Below are positions 47,736 to 60,769 of a stretch of DNA of 64,000 bases, one piece after another. The position numbers and the translations under genes were made by a program. The notes under the pieces are model-generated. The model was not told the origin of the DNA. It made no database searches and saw only the letters and a list, made by a program, of their open reading frames with translations. Numbering within the stretch: position 1 is the first letter of the stretch; each line of letters begins with the position of its first letter. Source of the DNA: Stegostoma tigrinum (Eukaryota); assembly GCF_030684315.1 (NCBI RefSeq), contig NC_081388.1:8602093-8666092 (forward strand), written 5' to 3'.

Positions 47736-48647
47736 AGAGAAATCTTTTAGTGTTAAGAGGAAATTTTGAATTGTATTACTGGTTTTAAAAAGAGCTCCTT
47801 TCTTCAAGGATAACACAGTGTGGATGTTGGGGGATTCTGGGGAAACGTCAGCTTTCCTGCTCCTCTGATGCTGCCTGGCCTGTTGTGTTCTTCCAGCTCT
47901 ACACTGTGTTATCTCTGGCTCTACCATCGGCAGTCCTTACTATCTCCTTTCTTGGAAGCTTTTCTTTCACTGATCAGGACATTTTGAAAGAATACCAGTG
48001 TAATGTGAATATAGTCTTCCTGTATAATATGGAAAGAGAGTGCAGATTGTTTGATAAATGGACACTATTTGGTAGGTGTGGTTGCACGTTCCAGTTAGAA
48101 GACACTTGGCAGTTCAGTGCCATGGGTTGTTAACATGTTATACCAAGCAGGTTGGCATTGATTGGTGTTGTTTGAGAAATGGCTATCATCTATTCTGTAG
48201 AGTTGAAGTAGGATGTGCTGCACCAAAGGTTGTCTCCTGTAAGGTTCTATGATTCGCTATGAATACCTGTTCTTTTTGATCAGGTCCCTGAGTATTAATA
48301 TGCAGAGGCTCTAGTCTATGCAGGTGAGCCACACTATGACAATATTAAATTGGTTGTCAGCATAATTCTTACCATACTCAGGATTGTTTAACAAATGCTG
48401 CCAATTCAAGGAATCACACCTAGAGTTGGGCATTGAATTTTGAGATTTGTAGGCAACAGGCAGTCCCTTGTCTGTCTAGCTCATGTTAGCCAAAAAAAAA
48501 TGTTTGAGCAACAGTTGAATGTAGGTGGTTTATGCAGTAAGAAAGCAACAGTAATATAATACAAGTATTGTTTGTCATTAACAAGGTGTGACTGTCAAGC
48601 TTGAGTTGAGTATGTGATATATGAATTTCAGTGCCAGTGTGATGCCA

Positions 48648-48790
48648 CAAAAACTGACGTTGCTGGAAAGCTCAGCAAGCCTGGCAGCATCTGTGAAGGA
48701 AAAGAAACGCAGTTAACATTTAGGGTCTAGTGGCTGAGGATGGATGCTGCCAGACCTGCTGAGCTTTTCCAGAGACTTTGCTTTTGCTCC
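48648..48790. repeat. Older Penelope-type hairpin remnant; mirrored at ~53120-53260
   Basis: ctggaaagctcagcaagcctggcagcatc pairs with gatgctgccagacctgctgagcttttccag. Related to the sequence at 640-740. Confidence 0.6.
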
Positions 48791-50139
48791 TGATTCACAG
48801 CACCCGCAGTTCTCTCAGTTTTTACTCGGTGTGATGCCAGTTATGGGAGCCCTATAGTCCAAAGACTGGCAGGTCATGCCAAATGGCATGTCTCTTTTCT
48901 GGCTGTTGGCAGTAAGGAAGGTGCTTTCTGCCCTCATCCCACTTCTCCTGTCTGCCTCTCACCCTTTCCTGATTCTCCATCTCCTCAAATCCTTTCTTTA
49001 ATACCCAGACGTGTTGTCACATGCAACTGAGTGACTTCCCCAGCGCCAAAAGCATGGTGGCTTTTTGCTGTTGTAACCTGCCAGTGTGGCCAGTCCAAGC
49101 TCAGCCCATTATGGCTAATGCAATCCATTGAAAGTGAGGGGGAGGTAGGGAGAGAGGGAAGGGGCTCAATCGAAATGGAGTTGGAGGGGGAAATAAAGCA
49201 TTGTATGCCCCATGGTGCCCACCTCTCTCGAAAGAGATTGAAAGCATTGAGGGTCACTGTATTCATCTTCTCTAAGGGCTGCTAAGCATGAATGTAACCA
49301 CGGAAGATGGGCAGGCAGTTGGCAGACTTGACCCCGTCCACAGTTCGCAGTTTATAGCCAGCTTGCAGACCCATGAGGAAATCCCTCTGCTCTGCCCACA
49401 CTCCTCCACACCAGGTGCCCAAACGTCAGTAGCGCAGGGCTGAAAAAAATCCTTTTATTTTCATCTTGCCCTTTAATACAGTGAAGTCGCCCTACACGTT
49501 GAGATATTGACCCAGAGTATCTCTGGCCGGGACGTCTGTGTGCACACAGCCCCTGAAGCTGATTGCTTCTTATTGCTCAGTAAGGGTCTACAACTCCTCA
49601 TGGATAGTAACACACTTTATTTATCTGCAAACAGTGAGTAATTTCTCTTATACAGCCCTCTAGTTCAGTGTCTGAGACCTTTCACTTCACACCTTAGTTT
49701 TAGACCAGTGTTTTCTCTCTTACTGAGTCCCATGATCAGGTACAACGTAGTTTACAGCATTACAGATGTGATATGGTGTTAAAGGAGCCCAGCAGAGTGC
49801 ACAACCATAAGAACCAGGAGCAGGAGTGGGCCATCTGGCCCCTCGAGCCTGCTCAGCCATTCAATAAGATCATGGCTGATCTTTTCACGGACTCAGCTCC
49901 ACTTACCCTCCCGCTCACCATGACGCTTAATTCCTTTACTGTTCAAAAATCTACCTACCTTCTCCTTAAAAATATTCAATGAGGAAGCCTCAACTGCTTC
50001 ACTAGGCAAGAAATTCCACAGATTCACACAAGCCTTTGGGTGAAGAAGAAACCAGCAGTTATACAGATTGAGGGGCATAAGCACTCAAGAAGGAGATCTC
50101 AATGATGTACTGAAACAAGTATGGAGATCGGACCGGCCC

Positions 50140-50790
50140 CATACAGCTACTGGCCTGCTGGTAGGAGACAGAGGGTGGGGTTGGTAGATGTTAGATTTTT
50201 GGCCTGGAGGCTTGTGGCCAGTATTGTTCGACAGGCAACAGTGCTGGGTCCACTGTTCTTTGTCATTTATGTAAATGATTTAGGTAAGTGTACAGAAAGC
50301 TTGGTTAGTAAATTAACAGATGACACCAAAATTGGTAGTGTAGAGGGCAATGAGGAAGGTTATCTAAGATTGCAAAGAGATCTTGATCAATTGGTTCAAT
50401 GGACTGAGGAGCTGCAGATGCTGTTTAATTTGGATAAATATACGGTATTGCATTTTGGTTAAACAAACAAGGCTTATACAATTAATGGTAGGGCTTTAGT
50501 TACTGTTGTAGAACAGAGCGACCCAGGGTTCAGGGACATAATTCTTTGAAATTTGCATCACATATAGATAGGGTAGTTAAGAAGGTGTTTGGCACGCTCG
50601 CCTTCATTGCTCAGCTCTTTGAGTATAGGATTTGGGGCGTTGTGTTGAGGTTGTACAGAGCGTTGGTGAAGTCTCTTCTGGAGTACTGTGTGCAGTTCTA
50701 GATGCCCTGCTATAAGAAGGAACTTAACTAAATTACACAGGGTCCAGAAAATGTTTACTAGGATGCTTCTGGGAGTGGAGGGTTTGAGAT
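50140..50790 (+). mobile_element. CR1-like LINE RT fragment spanning the inner palindrome junction; partial mirror at 51310-51770
   Basis: VLGPLFFVIYVNDL...TDDTKIG...LQRDLDQL motifs, continuing into the spacer through ctggagtactgtgtgcagttc (LEYCVQF). Confidence 0.85.
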
Positions 50791-50819
50791 ATTTATTATA
50801 GGCTTGGAAATTTAAGATT

Positions 50820-51309
50820 ACAAAGTGTAGAGCTGGAGGAACGTAACAGATCAGGCAGCATCAGGGGAACAGGAAAGTCAGGACCCTTCTTCAGAAATGG
50901 GGAGGGTAAGGGAGCTGGGAAATAAACAGAGAGAGGACGGATGGGGCTGCCGAAGGGAGGTGGGATGGTGGCAGATGAGTGCAGGTAGGCCCTGGTGGGG
51001 ATTGGTCAGTGAGGTGGTGGAGCATTTAGAAGGGAGAGAAGATGGACAGGTTGTGCCAGGTCAATGAGGCGGGGATGAGACAGTGGGTTGGCCATGAGGT
51101 GAGGCTGGTGGTGGGGAGATTTCAAAACTGGTAAATTCTATGTTCAGGTCATCGGGCTGAAGGCTCTCGAGGTGGAATATGAGGTGCTGCTCCTCCAGTT
51201 TTCGGGTGGTGTCACTGTGAGACTGGAGGAGGCCCAGGATGGACATGTCACCTAGGGAGTGGGAGGGGGAGTAGAAATGGTTTGCGACTGGTGGGTGTTG
51301 CTGTTTGTT
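50820..51309 (-). mobile_element. Penelope-like element 3' fragment (C-terminus of the GIY-YIG endonuclease region and terminal repeat) in the palindrome spacer
   Basis: ORF 51061-51318 reads PVANHFYSPSHS...ILGLL...RKLEEQHLIFHLESLQPDDLNIEF, which resembles Penelope/Poseidon ORF C-termini. It is followed by a C-rich UTR and a partial ctgaagaagggtc motif. Confidence 0.75.
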
Positions 51310-54300
51310 GCGTGCCAAACACCTTCTTAACTACCCTATCTATATGTGATGCAAATTTCAAAGAATTATGTCCCTGAACCCTGGGTCGCTCTGTTCTACA
51401 ACAGTAACTAAAGCCCTACCATTAATTGTATAAGCCTTGTTTGTTTAACCAAAATGCAATACCGTATATTTATCCAAATTAAACAGCATCTGCAGCTCCT
51501 CAGTCCATTGAACCAATTGATCAAGATCTCTTTGCAATCTTAGATAACCTTCCTCATTGCCCTCTACACTACCAATTTTGGTGTCATCTGTTAATTTACT
51601 AACCAAGCTTTCTGTACACTTACCTAAATCATTTACATAAATGACAAAGAACAGTGGACCCAGCACTGTTGCCTGTCGAACAATACTGGCCACAAGCCTC
51701 CAGGCCAAAAATCTAACATCTACCAACCCCACCCTCTGTCTCCTACCAGCAGGCCAGTAGCTGTATGGGGCCGGTCCGATCTCCATACTTGTTTCAGTAC
51801 ATCATTGAGATCTCCTTCTTGAGTGCTTATGCCCCTCAATCTGTATAACTGCTGGTTTCTTCTTCACCCAAAGGCTTGTGTGAATCTGTGGAATTTCTTG
51901 CCTAGTGAAGCAGTTGAGGCTTCCTCATTGAATATTTTTAAGGAGAAGGTAGGTAGATTTTTGAACAGTAAAGGAATTAAGCGTCATGGTGAGCGGGAGG
52001 GTAAGTGGAGCTGAGTCCGTGAAAAGATCAGCCATGATCTTATTGAATGGCTGAGCAGGCTCGAGGGGCCAGATGGCCCACTCCTGCTCCTGGTTCTTAT
52101 GGTTGTGCACTCTGCTGGGCTCCTTTAACACCATATCACATCTGTAATGCTGTAAACTACGTTGTACCTGATCATGGGACTCAGTAAGAGAGAAAACACT
52201 GGTCTAAAACTAAGGTGTGAAGTGAAAGGTCTCAGACACTGAACTAGAGGGCTGTATAAGAGAAATTACTCACTGTTTGCAGATAAATAAAGTGTGTTAC
52301 TATCCATGAGGAGTTGTAGACCCTTACTGAGCAATAAGAAGCAATCAGCTTCAGGGGCTGTGTGCACACAGACGTCCCGGCCAGAGATACTCTGGGTCAA
52401 TATCTCAACGTGTAGGGCGACTTCACTGTATTAAAGGGCAAGATGAAAATAAAAGGATTTTTTTCAGCCCTGCGCTACTGACGTTTGGGCACCTGGTGTG
52501 GAGGAGTGTGGGCAGAGCAGAGGGATTTCCTCATGGGTCTGCAAGCTGGCTATAAACTGCGAACTGTGGACGGGGTCAAGTCTGCCAACTGCCTGCCCAT
52601 CTTCCGTGGTTACATTCATGCTTAGCAGCCCTTAGAGAAGATGAATACAGTGACCCTCAATGCTTTCAATCTCTTTCGAGAGAGGTGGGCACCATGGGGC
52701 ATACAATGCTTTATTTCCCCCTCCAACTCCATTTCGATTGAGCCCCTTCCCTCTCTCCCTACCTCCCCCTCACTTTCAATGGATTGCATTAGCCATAATG
52801 GGCTGAGCTTGGACTGGCCACACTGGCAGGTTACAACAGCAAAAAGCCACCATGCTTTTGGCGCTGGGGAAGTCACTCAGTTGCATGTGACAACACGTCT
52901 GGGTATTAAAGAAAGGATTTGAGGAGATGGAGAATCAGGAAAGGGTGAGAGGCAGACAGGAGAAGTGGGATGAGGGCAGAAAGCACCTTCCTTACTGCCA
53001 ACAGCCAGAAAAGAGACATGCCATTTGGCATGACCTGCCAGTCTTTGGACTATAGGGCTCCCATAACTGGCATCACACCGAGTAAAAACTGAGAGAACTG
53101 CGGGTGCTGTGAATCAGGAGCAAAAGCAAAGTCTCTGGAAAAGCTCAGCAGGTCTGGCAGCATCCATCCTCAGCCACTAGACCCTAAATGTTAACTGCGT
53201 TTCTTTTCCTTCACAGATGCTGCCAGGCTTGCTGAGCTTTCCAGCAACGTCAGTTTTTGTGGCATCACACTGGCACTGAAATTCATATATCACATACTCA
53301 ACTCAAGCTTGACAGTCACACCTTGTTAATGACAAACAATACTTGTATTATATTACTGTTGCTTTCTTACTGCATAAACCACCTACATTCAACTTGTTGC
53401 TCAAACATTTTTTTTTGGCTAACATGAGCTAGACAGACAAGGGACTGCCTGTTGCCTACAAATCTCAAAATTCAATGCCCAACTCTAGGTGTGATTCCTT
53501 GAATTGGCAGCATTTGTTAAACAATCCTGAGTATGGTAAGAATTATGCTGACAACCAATTTAATATTGTCATAGTGTGGCTCACCTGCATAGACTAGAGC
53601 CTCTGCATATTAATACTCAGGGACCTGATCAAAAAGAACAGGTATTCATAGCGAATCATAGAACCTTACAGGAGACAACCTTTGGTGCAGCACATCCTAC
53701 TTCAACTCTACAGAATAGATGATAGCCATTTCTCAAACAACACCAATCAATGCCAACCTGCTTGGTATAACATGTTAACAACCCATGGCACTGAACTGCC
53801 AAGTGTCTTCTAACTGGAACGTGCAACCACACCTACCAAATAGTGTCCATTTATCAAACAATCTGCACTCTCTTTCCATATTATACAGGAAGACTATATT
53901 CACATTACACTGGTATTCTTTCAAAATGTCCTGATCAGTGAAAGAAAAGCTTCCAAGAAAGGAGATAGTAAGGACTGCCGATGGTAGAGCCAGAGATAAC
54001 ACAGTGTAGAGCTGGAAGAACACAACAGGCCAGGCAGCATCAGAGGAGCAGGAAAGCTGACGTTTCCCCAGAATCCCCCAACATCCACACTGTGTTATCC
54101 TTGAAGAAAGGAGCTCTTTTTAAAACCAGTAATACAATTCAAAATTTCCTCTTAACACTAAAAGATTTCTCTGAAGAGAGGCCTCTTCTGGAATACTCTG
54201 TCCAGTCCTGGTCTCTTTGTCACAGGAAAGATATTATTAAACTGGAGAGGATTCAGAAGAGATTTACCAGGATGTTGCCAGGAATGAAAGTTTCGAGCTA

Positions 54301-55929
54301 TAAGGGGAGGCTGGATAGACTCAGGGACATTTTCTCGCTGGAGCATAGGAAGTTGAAAGTTGACCTTATAGAGGTTTATAAAATCACGAGGGCCATAGAT
54401 GGGGTTAATGGAAGATCATATGGGGGATTTTAAAACTAGGGAATACATTGTTAAGGTGAGAAGAGACTCATTTAAAAATGACATGAGGTGCAAATCTTTT
54501 AAATAGATTCTCGTGTGGGATGAACTTCCAGAGGAAGGTGTGGATGTGGCACAATTATAACATTTAAAAGACATTTGGATAAGTACATGAATAGGGAAAG
54601 GTTTAGAGGGATATGGGCCAGGAGCAGGCTGGTGGGACTGGCTTAGTTTGGGATGATAGTCGGCATGAACTGGTTGGGCTGTAGGGTCTGTTTCTGTGCT
54701 GGATGACTATGACTCCATAAGATAAAATAATGGAAGCACTCCAGAAATGATTTGATTGGGAGGATTATGGATCTGCTCTGAAGAAATGACTAACATATGT
54801 TCTGATTTGTCACTCCTTGGTGGGATGTGGGCATTGCTGGTTGGACCAACATTTATTGCCCACCCTGAGTTGGTTTCAGGAAATTGGCAGTGAACTGCCC
54901 TCTTGAACTGCTGCAGTCAATGTGCAGTGTGTTGGCCCACAATACTGTTAGAGAGGAAATTCCAGCAGTTTGACCCAGTGACAATGAAATAACAGTGATA
55001 TAATTCTAAGTCAGGACGGTCAGAGGGAAGCTTTCAGGAGGTGATGTTCCCACCGTGTGCCCTTCATAATCTTAAATTATAATCTTGAAGCCAGCTTTAG
55101 ATTTTTCCTCAGATAAAAGAACAGATTTGTATTTATATTTATATTCTAACAGCAGTATACATACAATGCCAAGGACTTGACATACATATCCATCCACACT
55201 TGGACAAAAATTCAGTGACAGCAGCTCAATCTGTGAAATTCATCCTGGCTTGAATTGGTCAGGAGTCAGTTTTTAGCCTCGAGTCAGTGTGAGTTCTAAG
55301 TAGAGTTCAGTCTAAATCAGAAGCTGTGGCCTGGGCCTGAATCAGAGATTAGAGGTTAGGCATCGGCTCTATGTGGGCCTGATTTGTCACTCCTTGGTGG
55401 GATGTGGGCATTGCTGGTTGGACCAACATTTATTGCCCACAAACAAACATTCTGGGCCTAAGTGTGGGGGCAAGTAAGCCTGAATAACTGAAAGTCAGTT
55501 GCAGGCCTAAATTATCAGTCATCAGGCAGCCCTGGATTAGGAGATAGGTCTGAAACCAAAAAACAAACACTGCTGCCTTGCTGCACCGAGCACACGGATT
55601 TGATTCCAGCCTCGGGCGGCTGTCCGTGCGGAATTTGCACATTATCCCTGTGTCTGCGTGGGTTTCCTCCGGGTGCTCCGGCTTCCTCCCACAGCCAAAA
55701 GGTGTGCCGGTCAGGGTGAATTGGCCATGGGAAATTGCCCCACAGTGTGCAGAGATGTGCAGACAAGGTGGGTTACCCATGGGGGATCTAGGGTTACAGG
55801 GAGAGGGTGCGGGGATGGGTCTGGGTGGACTGCTCTTCAGAGGGTTTGGGACAGCCGTGTGGGCTCGATGGGCCAATTGGGAAACTTCTGCACTGTGGGA
55901 ATTCTATGGGATAAGTCAAACTGGTAAAT

Positions 55930-56250
55930 GGGGCGGCACAATGGCTCAGTGGTTAGCACTGCAGCCTCACAGCACCAGGGACCCGGGTTCGATCCCAGCC
56001 TCGGCTAACTGTCTGTGTGGAGTTTGTACATTCTCCCTGTGTCTGCTTGGGTTTTCTCCGGGTGCTCCGGTTTCCTCCTACAGTCCAAAGATGTGCAGGC
56101 TAGGTGGATTGGCCATGCTAAATTGCCCGTAGTGTTCAGGGATGTGTGGGTTATAGGGGGATGGGTCTGGGTGAGGTGCTTCAAGGGGCGGTGTGGACTT
56201 GTTGGGCCGAAGGGCCTGTTTCCACTCTGTAGGGAATCTAATCTAATCTA
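55930..56250 (+). mobile_element. tRNA-derived SINE (HE1/V-SINE-like), full length
   Basis: A box TGGCTCAGTGG, B box GGTTCGATCCC, V-domain-like gtgtggagtttgtacattctccctgtgtctgc...ggtttcctcc, (ATCTA)n tail and probable TSD taaatg. Confidence 0.85.
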
Positions 56251-58379
56251 AATGAGACACACTTCTCTGACTAGTCTTGTATACTTCAGAAAGAATCTCC
56301 AATACAAATGCCCACCCTCACTTCTAAATATTGCAGTTTGTTTTTTAACCGGCTTTCTCCTTCTGGGAGTTTTGAACCAGTCATGAGGCAGATAGTCCTG
56401 ACTCAAGCATCTACTGTACGAGTCCCATCTGAACGTGAACACAGGCTGGGGGCTCTGTTTTGGAATGTGTTGACATTAAGACTCATTCAGCCTTCAGTCC
56501 CTCACTAACACTGAGGTTTGTTGAAGATGGGACAATGAAGGGTTCCTATGCCTTCCATGCCTCAGCAAAAATATTTTTATTGAATTCAAATTCCACCATC
56601 TGCCATGGTGGTATTCAAACCTGGGTGCCCAGAACATTACCTGGGTCTCTGGATTAACAGTCCAGCTACAATACCACGAGGCCATCAGAAATACCTGCTG
56701 CATTCAATCACAAATAGGAAAACAACAAAACAATTGAGCTTGTCTTCTTCTGACAATGTTATTCAATAATTTAAGTCTGGAGGAAAAAGAGACGTGTTCT
56801 GTACATCTCTGTGAGCACTTGGTTTTGGGAATGTGGAAATATTAATGTGTTTATCATTTCCCTGAAAACTCAGGCCAATGGGTATGATTTTCTTCGAGCG
56901 GACTCCATGCTGAAGTGCCTCTCCAGTTTTTTTTGAGGAATCTGCTGGAAAAGCACTGTTGGACCTCTCAGTTTTGTTGCATACAAAGTTAAATCCACCA
57001 CCATTGCACTCACATAATTGTTTGTAAATTAAGTATACGCCAGGCACTGCATGTCAAATCATTGCTGGCATTCTGATCACTCATTTTCCCCTCGGTGAGA
57101 ATCGCCAAAGGTGAGCAACTTGTGGGAGTTTGCTGTGCTCAAATTTCCTGCTGCTTCTCCCAACATTACCACAGGCGACACACTTCAAAGTTCACCTCAC
57201 TGAAGACGCAGACATGCTCGTTGAGCCGATGGGCTTGGTCGCAAACGTTTAGTCACCCTGTGAAGTAACATTGTCAGTGCGCCTCTGGTGAAGGGTCAGT
57301 GTTCTGTCCCATTTGTTATTTACATGCCTCGGTTTGCTGGGGCGGTTGGGGTTAGTTCCAGTTCTGTTTCTCAGTGAGTGAACTGTACACAATATACAAA
57401 CCACTCAGCAAACTACATATGAGCTCCACCAAGCTTTACATGCCACAAACCCAGATCTCCTCAAGTCTCCGATTTTACAACTTCATGGCATCCTGGAGGT
57501 TTTGTAATTCTCCCTGAATTCATTCTCTTCAGAATTGGCAGATTGGTGGGTCTTTGACTTGAGGGCTATTGGCCTTGATCCTATTCTAAAGCTCAACATC
57601 AGCAGACTGCTTGAAATGCTGGTGTTTTGAGCTGAGGTTGAAACTCGTGCTACCCCAGGGGCGCTACTCTATCACGTTAGCTGGAGAACTCTTCATCTCC
57701 TGAATTTCTTTTGCAGCTGAACTCTTTCCTGATAACTAAGGTAGTTGCCCCATAACATCATCTCAGGAGCGTTCATCTCGTGGAATTTTCATCATGGACT
57801 CCTCTGGTGAAGCCGATATTTTCTCTTACAATGTGTAGGATTCTGGGTTTTTGGACCAGGTAATCTCTTCACAATCATGTTCTGTGCCTTCATCTTTATT
57901 TAGTTGCGGTTCCTATGGAAACATGTGCAGGTCACTTTCAATCAGTGTGAACTAATCTTTACACTTACCCACTCCCCCAACCCCGACACATCTGTACTGA
58001 AGTAAGTCCGCTCTCTATGTTAACTAGTAGCTTGTTCTGAACATCTTAATTTGCCCTCAATGTTTGTCCTATTGATGAACACAATATGTTCATATCCTTG
58101 GTCACTGTTGAAGAATTGTTCAGAGGAAGGGTCTCTCTACCCGAAACAGTAACTGTGATTTCTCTCCACAGATGCTGCCAGCTCTGGTGAGCTTTTCCAG
58201 AAATTTCTGTTTTTGATTCTGATTCACTGCATCAGTGGCTCTGTCAGTTTTTAACTGAAAAATTGTTATTGACTTTGCTCTTTCACAGACTGTCAGAGTC
58301 ATGGAGTTATACAGCATGGAAGCAGGAGTAGGGAACCCTGGATGAAAAAGGCTGTTACCAGAACAAAGAAGGTGGGATT

Positions 58380-59600
58380 GATCAGGTACAGGCAACTGGG
58401 ATCAAGGGAAGCCATGGAGGTAGAGAGGGGTTACAGGATTTAACTGAAGAAGGAAATCAGGATGTCTCAAGAGGGGCATGAGTCAGCTTTGACTGAAAAT
58501 GTCAGGGCGAATCCAAATAGATTCTTTCCGTATATTAAAGCCATAAAAATAACTGGAGAGAGAATAGGAACTCTGAATGGCCAGAGTGGACATGCATGTG
58601 TGGAACTGCCGGAGATGAATGAGGTTCTCAATGAATAGTTTGCCTCTTTGTGAGCTGTGGATAATGACATGAAGACATGGCGACTTTGGGAAGTCAGTGG
58701 TGATATCTTGGTGACAGTCCATGTCACAGTGGAGGAGGTGTTGGAAGTATTGGAAGTGCTGAGAAGAGAAATCTGGGAATTATAGGCTTGTAAGCATAGC
58801 ATGTGTGATAGGCATGTTACTTGAGAAGATTCTGAGGGATAAGATATGCATGCATATGAAAAGACAGGGTTTGATTAGGAGTAGTCAGTGCGGCTTTGTG
58901 CATTAGAGATGATGCCAAACAAAGTTGTCAGAGTTCTTTGATGAAATGTTCAGGAAGTGTGATGGCAGCACAGGAGGCGTCGTCCGTATGGATTTCAGTG
59001 AGGCCTTTGATAAGTTTCCATGTTTTAGGCAGCTCTGGAAGGTTAGTTCGAATAGAATCTAGTAAACGAGATACATAATTGGCTTGATGGGTGGAAGCAG
59101 AGAGTAATAGTGAAAGGATGCTTGTCGGAGTGGAGGTCTGTGACTCGTGGTGTGCCTCAGGGGTCAGTGCTGGGCCTATTGCTGTTTGTTATCTATATCA
59201 ATGCTGTAGATGAGGGTGTACAAGGCATGATTAGTCAGTTGGCAGATGACACTAAAATAGATAGTATTGTGGATAGTGAGGAAAGTTTTCAGAAATTGCA
59301 ACATGATGTTGATCAGCTGTGGAAGTGGGCCGATAAATGGCAAATGGATTTGATTCTAGATAAGTGTGAGGTGTTGCATTGTGGAAAGCGAAATCAAGGT
59401 GGGAATTTCAGGGTGAACGGTACGGCTGTAAGGAGTGTAGCGGAACAGAGGGACATTGGAGTTCAGGTGCACAATTCTCTGACAGCTGAGTGACGGCTAG
59501 ACAGGGCAGTGAAGGTGGGGTTTGACAAACTGGCTTTCGTCTATGTGTGCATTGAGTATCGAAGGTGGGAAGTTGTGTTGCAGATGAGGACGACACATTT
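58380..59600 (+). mobile_element. CR1-like LINE RT fragment, right palindrome arm
   Basis: ORF 59110-59493, mirror of 42415-42798. Confidence 0.9.
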
Positions 59601-60534
59601 GGCGTATCAGCCTAACAAAGTGTGGATGAACACAGCAGGCCAGGCAGCATGTGGGGAGCAGGAAAGTTGATGTTTCAGGTCGGGACTCTTCTTCAGAAAT
59701 TGGAGAAGGGGAAGGAAGCTCAGAAGTTAATAGAAAGACGAGGGGTTGAACTGGGGAAGGTAGATGGGATGGTGACAGGTGAGTGCAGGTAGGGGTGGTG
59801 GGGATTAGTCAGTGAGGTGGGAGGTGCAGATAGGTGGGAGAGAAGGTGGACAGGTTGTATCAGGTCAAGGAGGTAGGGATGAGAGGTAGGGTTGATCATG
59901 AGATGAGGCCGGGCAAGGGGAGATTTTAAAACTGGTAAAATCCACGTTTAGGCCATTGGGCTGTCAGCTCCTGAGGCAGGACATGAGGTGCTTCTCGTCC
60001 AGTTTGTGGCAAGTAGTTTGTTGCAAGTCAAGTGCAGATCCTCCACAAAACAGGCTCTGTATCTTCTCTTGCAGTATTGTGTTCAGATTTGGTCACCTTG
60101 TTACAGGAACAATTCTATTAAATTGGAAAAGATGAAACAGTTGCCCTGAGATAGAGGTAGAGGTTGGACAAGCTCAGGCTAATTTCTTTAGAGTGTAGGA
60201 GACTGAGAGGGGATCTCCTCGAAGTGTATAAGCTCATGAGAGTCTTGTAAATACATGGAAACCTGGTCACCCTGAGAGTGGTACACACATGGAGTAAGGG
60301 GCCAACAGAAGTGCTTGAGGGGCTACATTAACAACATTTAATAGGCATTGGGACAAATACACGGATGGGAAAGGTTTAGAAGGACAGGGTCCTGGTGCAA
60401 GGAAATGATTTTAGCACGGATAGAAATTTTGGTCAGCGTGCATCATTCCGGGCCAAAGGACCTGTCTCTCAGCCAGAAGACTCTGTGACTCTATTGTACT
60501 CAGGGGGCCATCACCATGAGAACCTGTGGAACTG

Positions 60535-60750
60535 AATGCAGTCAGGTGACAGCATGGCAACTCCCCGCCATTCCTATTGGTCCAAATGAAATGGGCCCTC
60601 CTGGTAAGAAGCCAATGGATGTAGACATTGGTGGAATTTGCAGAGATTGGGGCTGGATCATTGGTTCATTGTTGCTGCTTCTGGTCTGATTGGTGTCAGG
60701 TGAGTGCAGGTTGTGTGTATAAAAGGAGCTGGGTGGGGGCTGGAGGGGAT
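60535..60750 (+). promoter_or_regulatory. Promoter of the inverted ZP3 pseudogene
   Basis: CAGGTG at 60543-60548, ATTGG boxes, and TATAAAA at 60718-60724. Confidence 0.6.
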
Positions 60751-60769
60751 GGTTGAAGTGTTTGTGATC

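Larger units (their letters stand above)
41240..60668. repeat. Giant palindrome: arms 41240-50597 and 51310-60668, spacer 50598-51309 (712 bp)
   Basis: The ORF track is mirror-symmetric, with coordinate sums of 101907 near the centre and 101908 beyond a 1-nt indel at ~48513/53394. The inner junction is ...gtttggcacgc (50597) pairing with gcgtgccaaac... (51310). Confidence 0.97.

Noticed and set aside
47475-47927. 150 aa ORF as a host gene
   Set aside because: It is a chimera of a Penelope terminal motif and a CR1 ORF2 C-terminal fragment.
55940-56000. tRNA gene
   Set aside because: The A and B boxes belong to a SINE head followed by a V-domain-like body and an (ATCTA)n tail; no full cloverleaf is seen.
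41240-60668. Palindrome as a pure assembly fold-back artefact
   Set aside because: Considered unlikely, though not excluded. The arms differ by clustered substitutions that match another paralogue and by a 3.36 kb structural difference, and the inverted ZP3 copy has unique lesions found nowhere else in the window.
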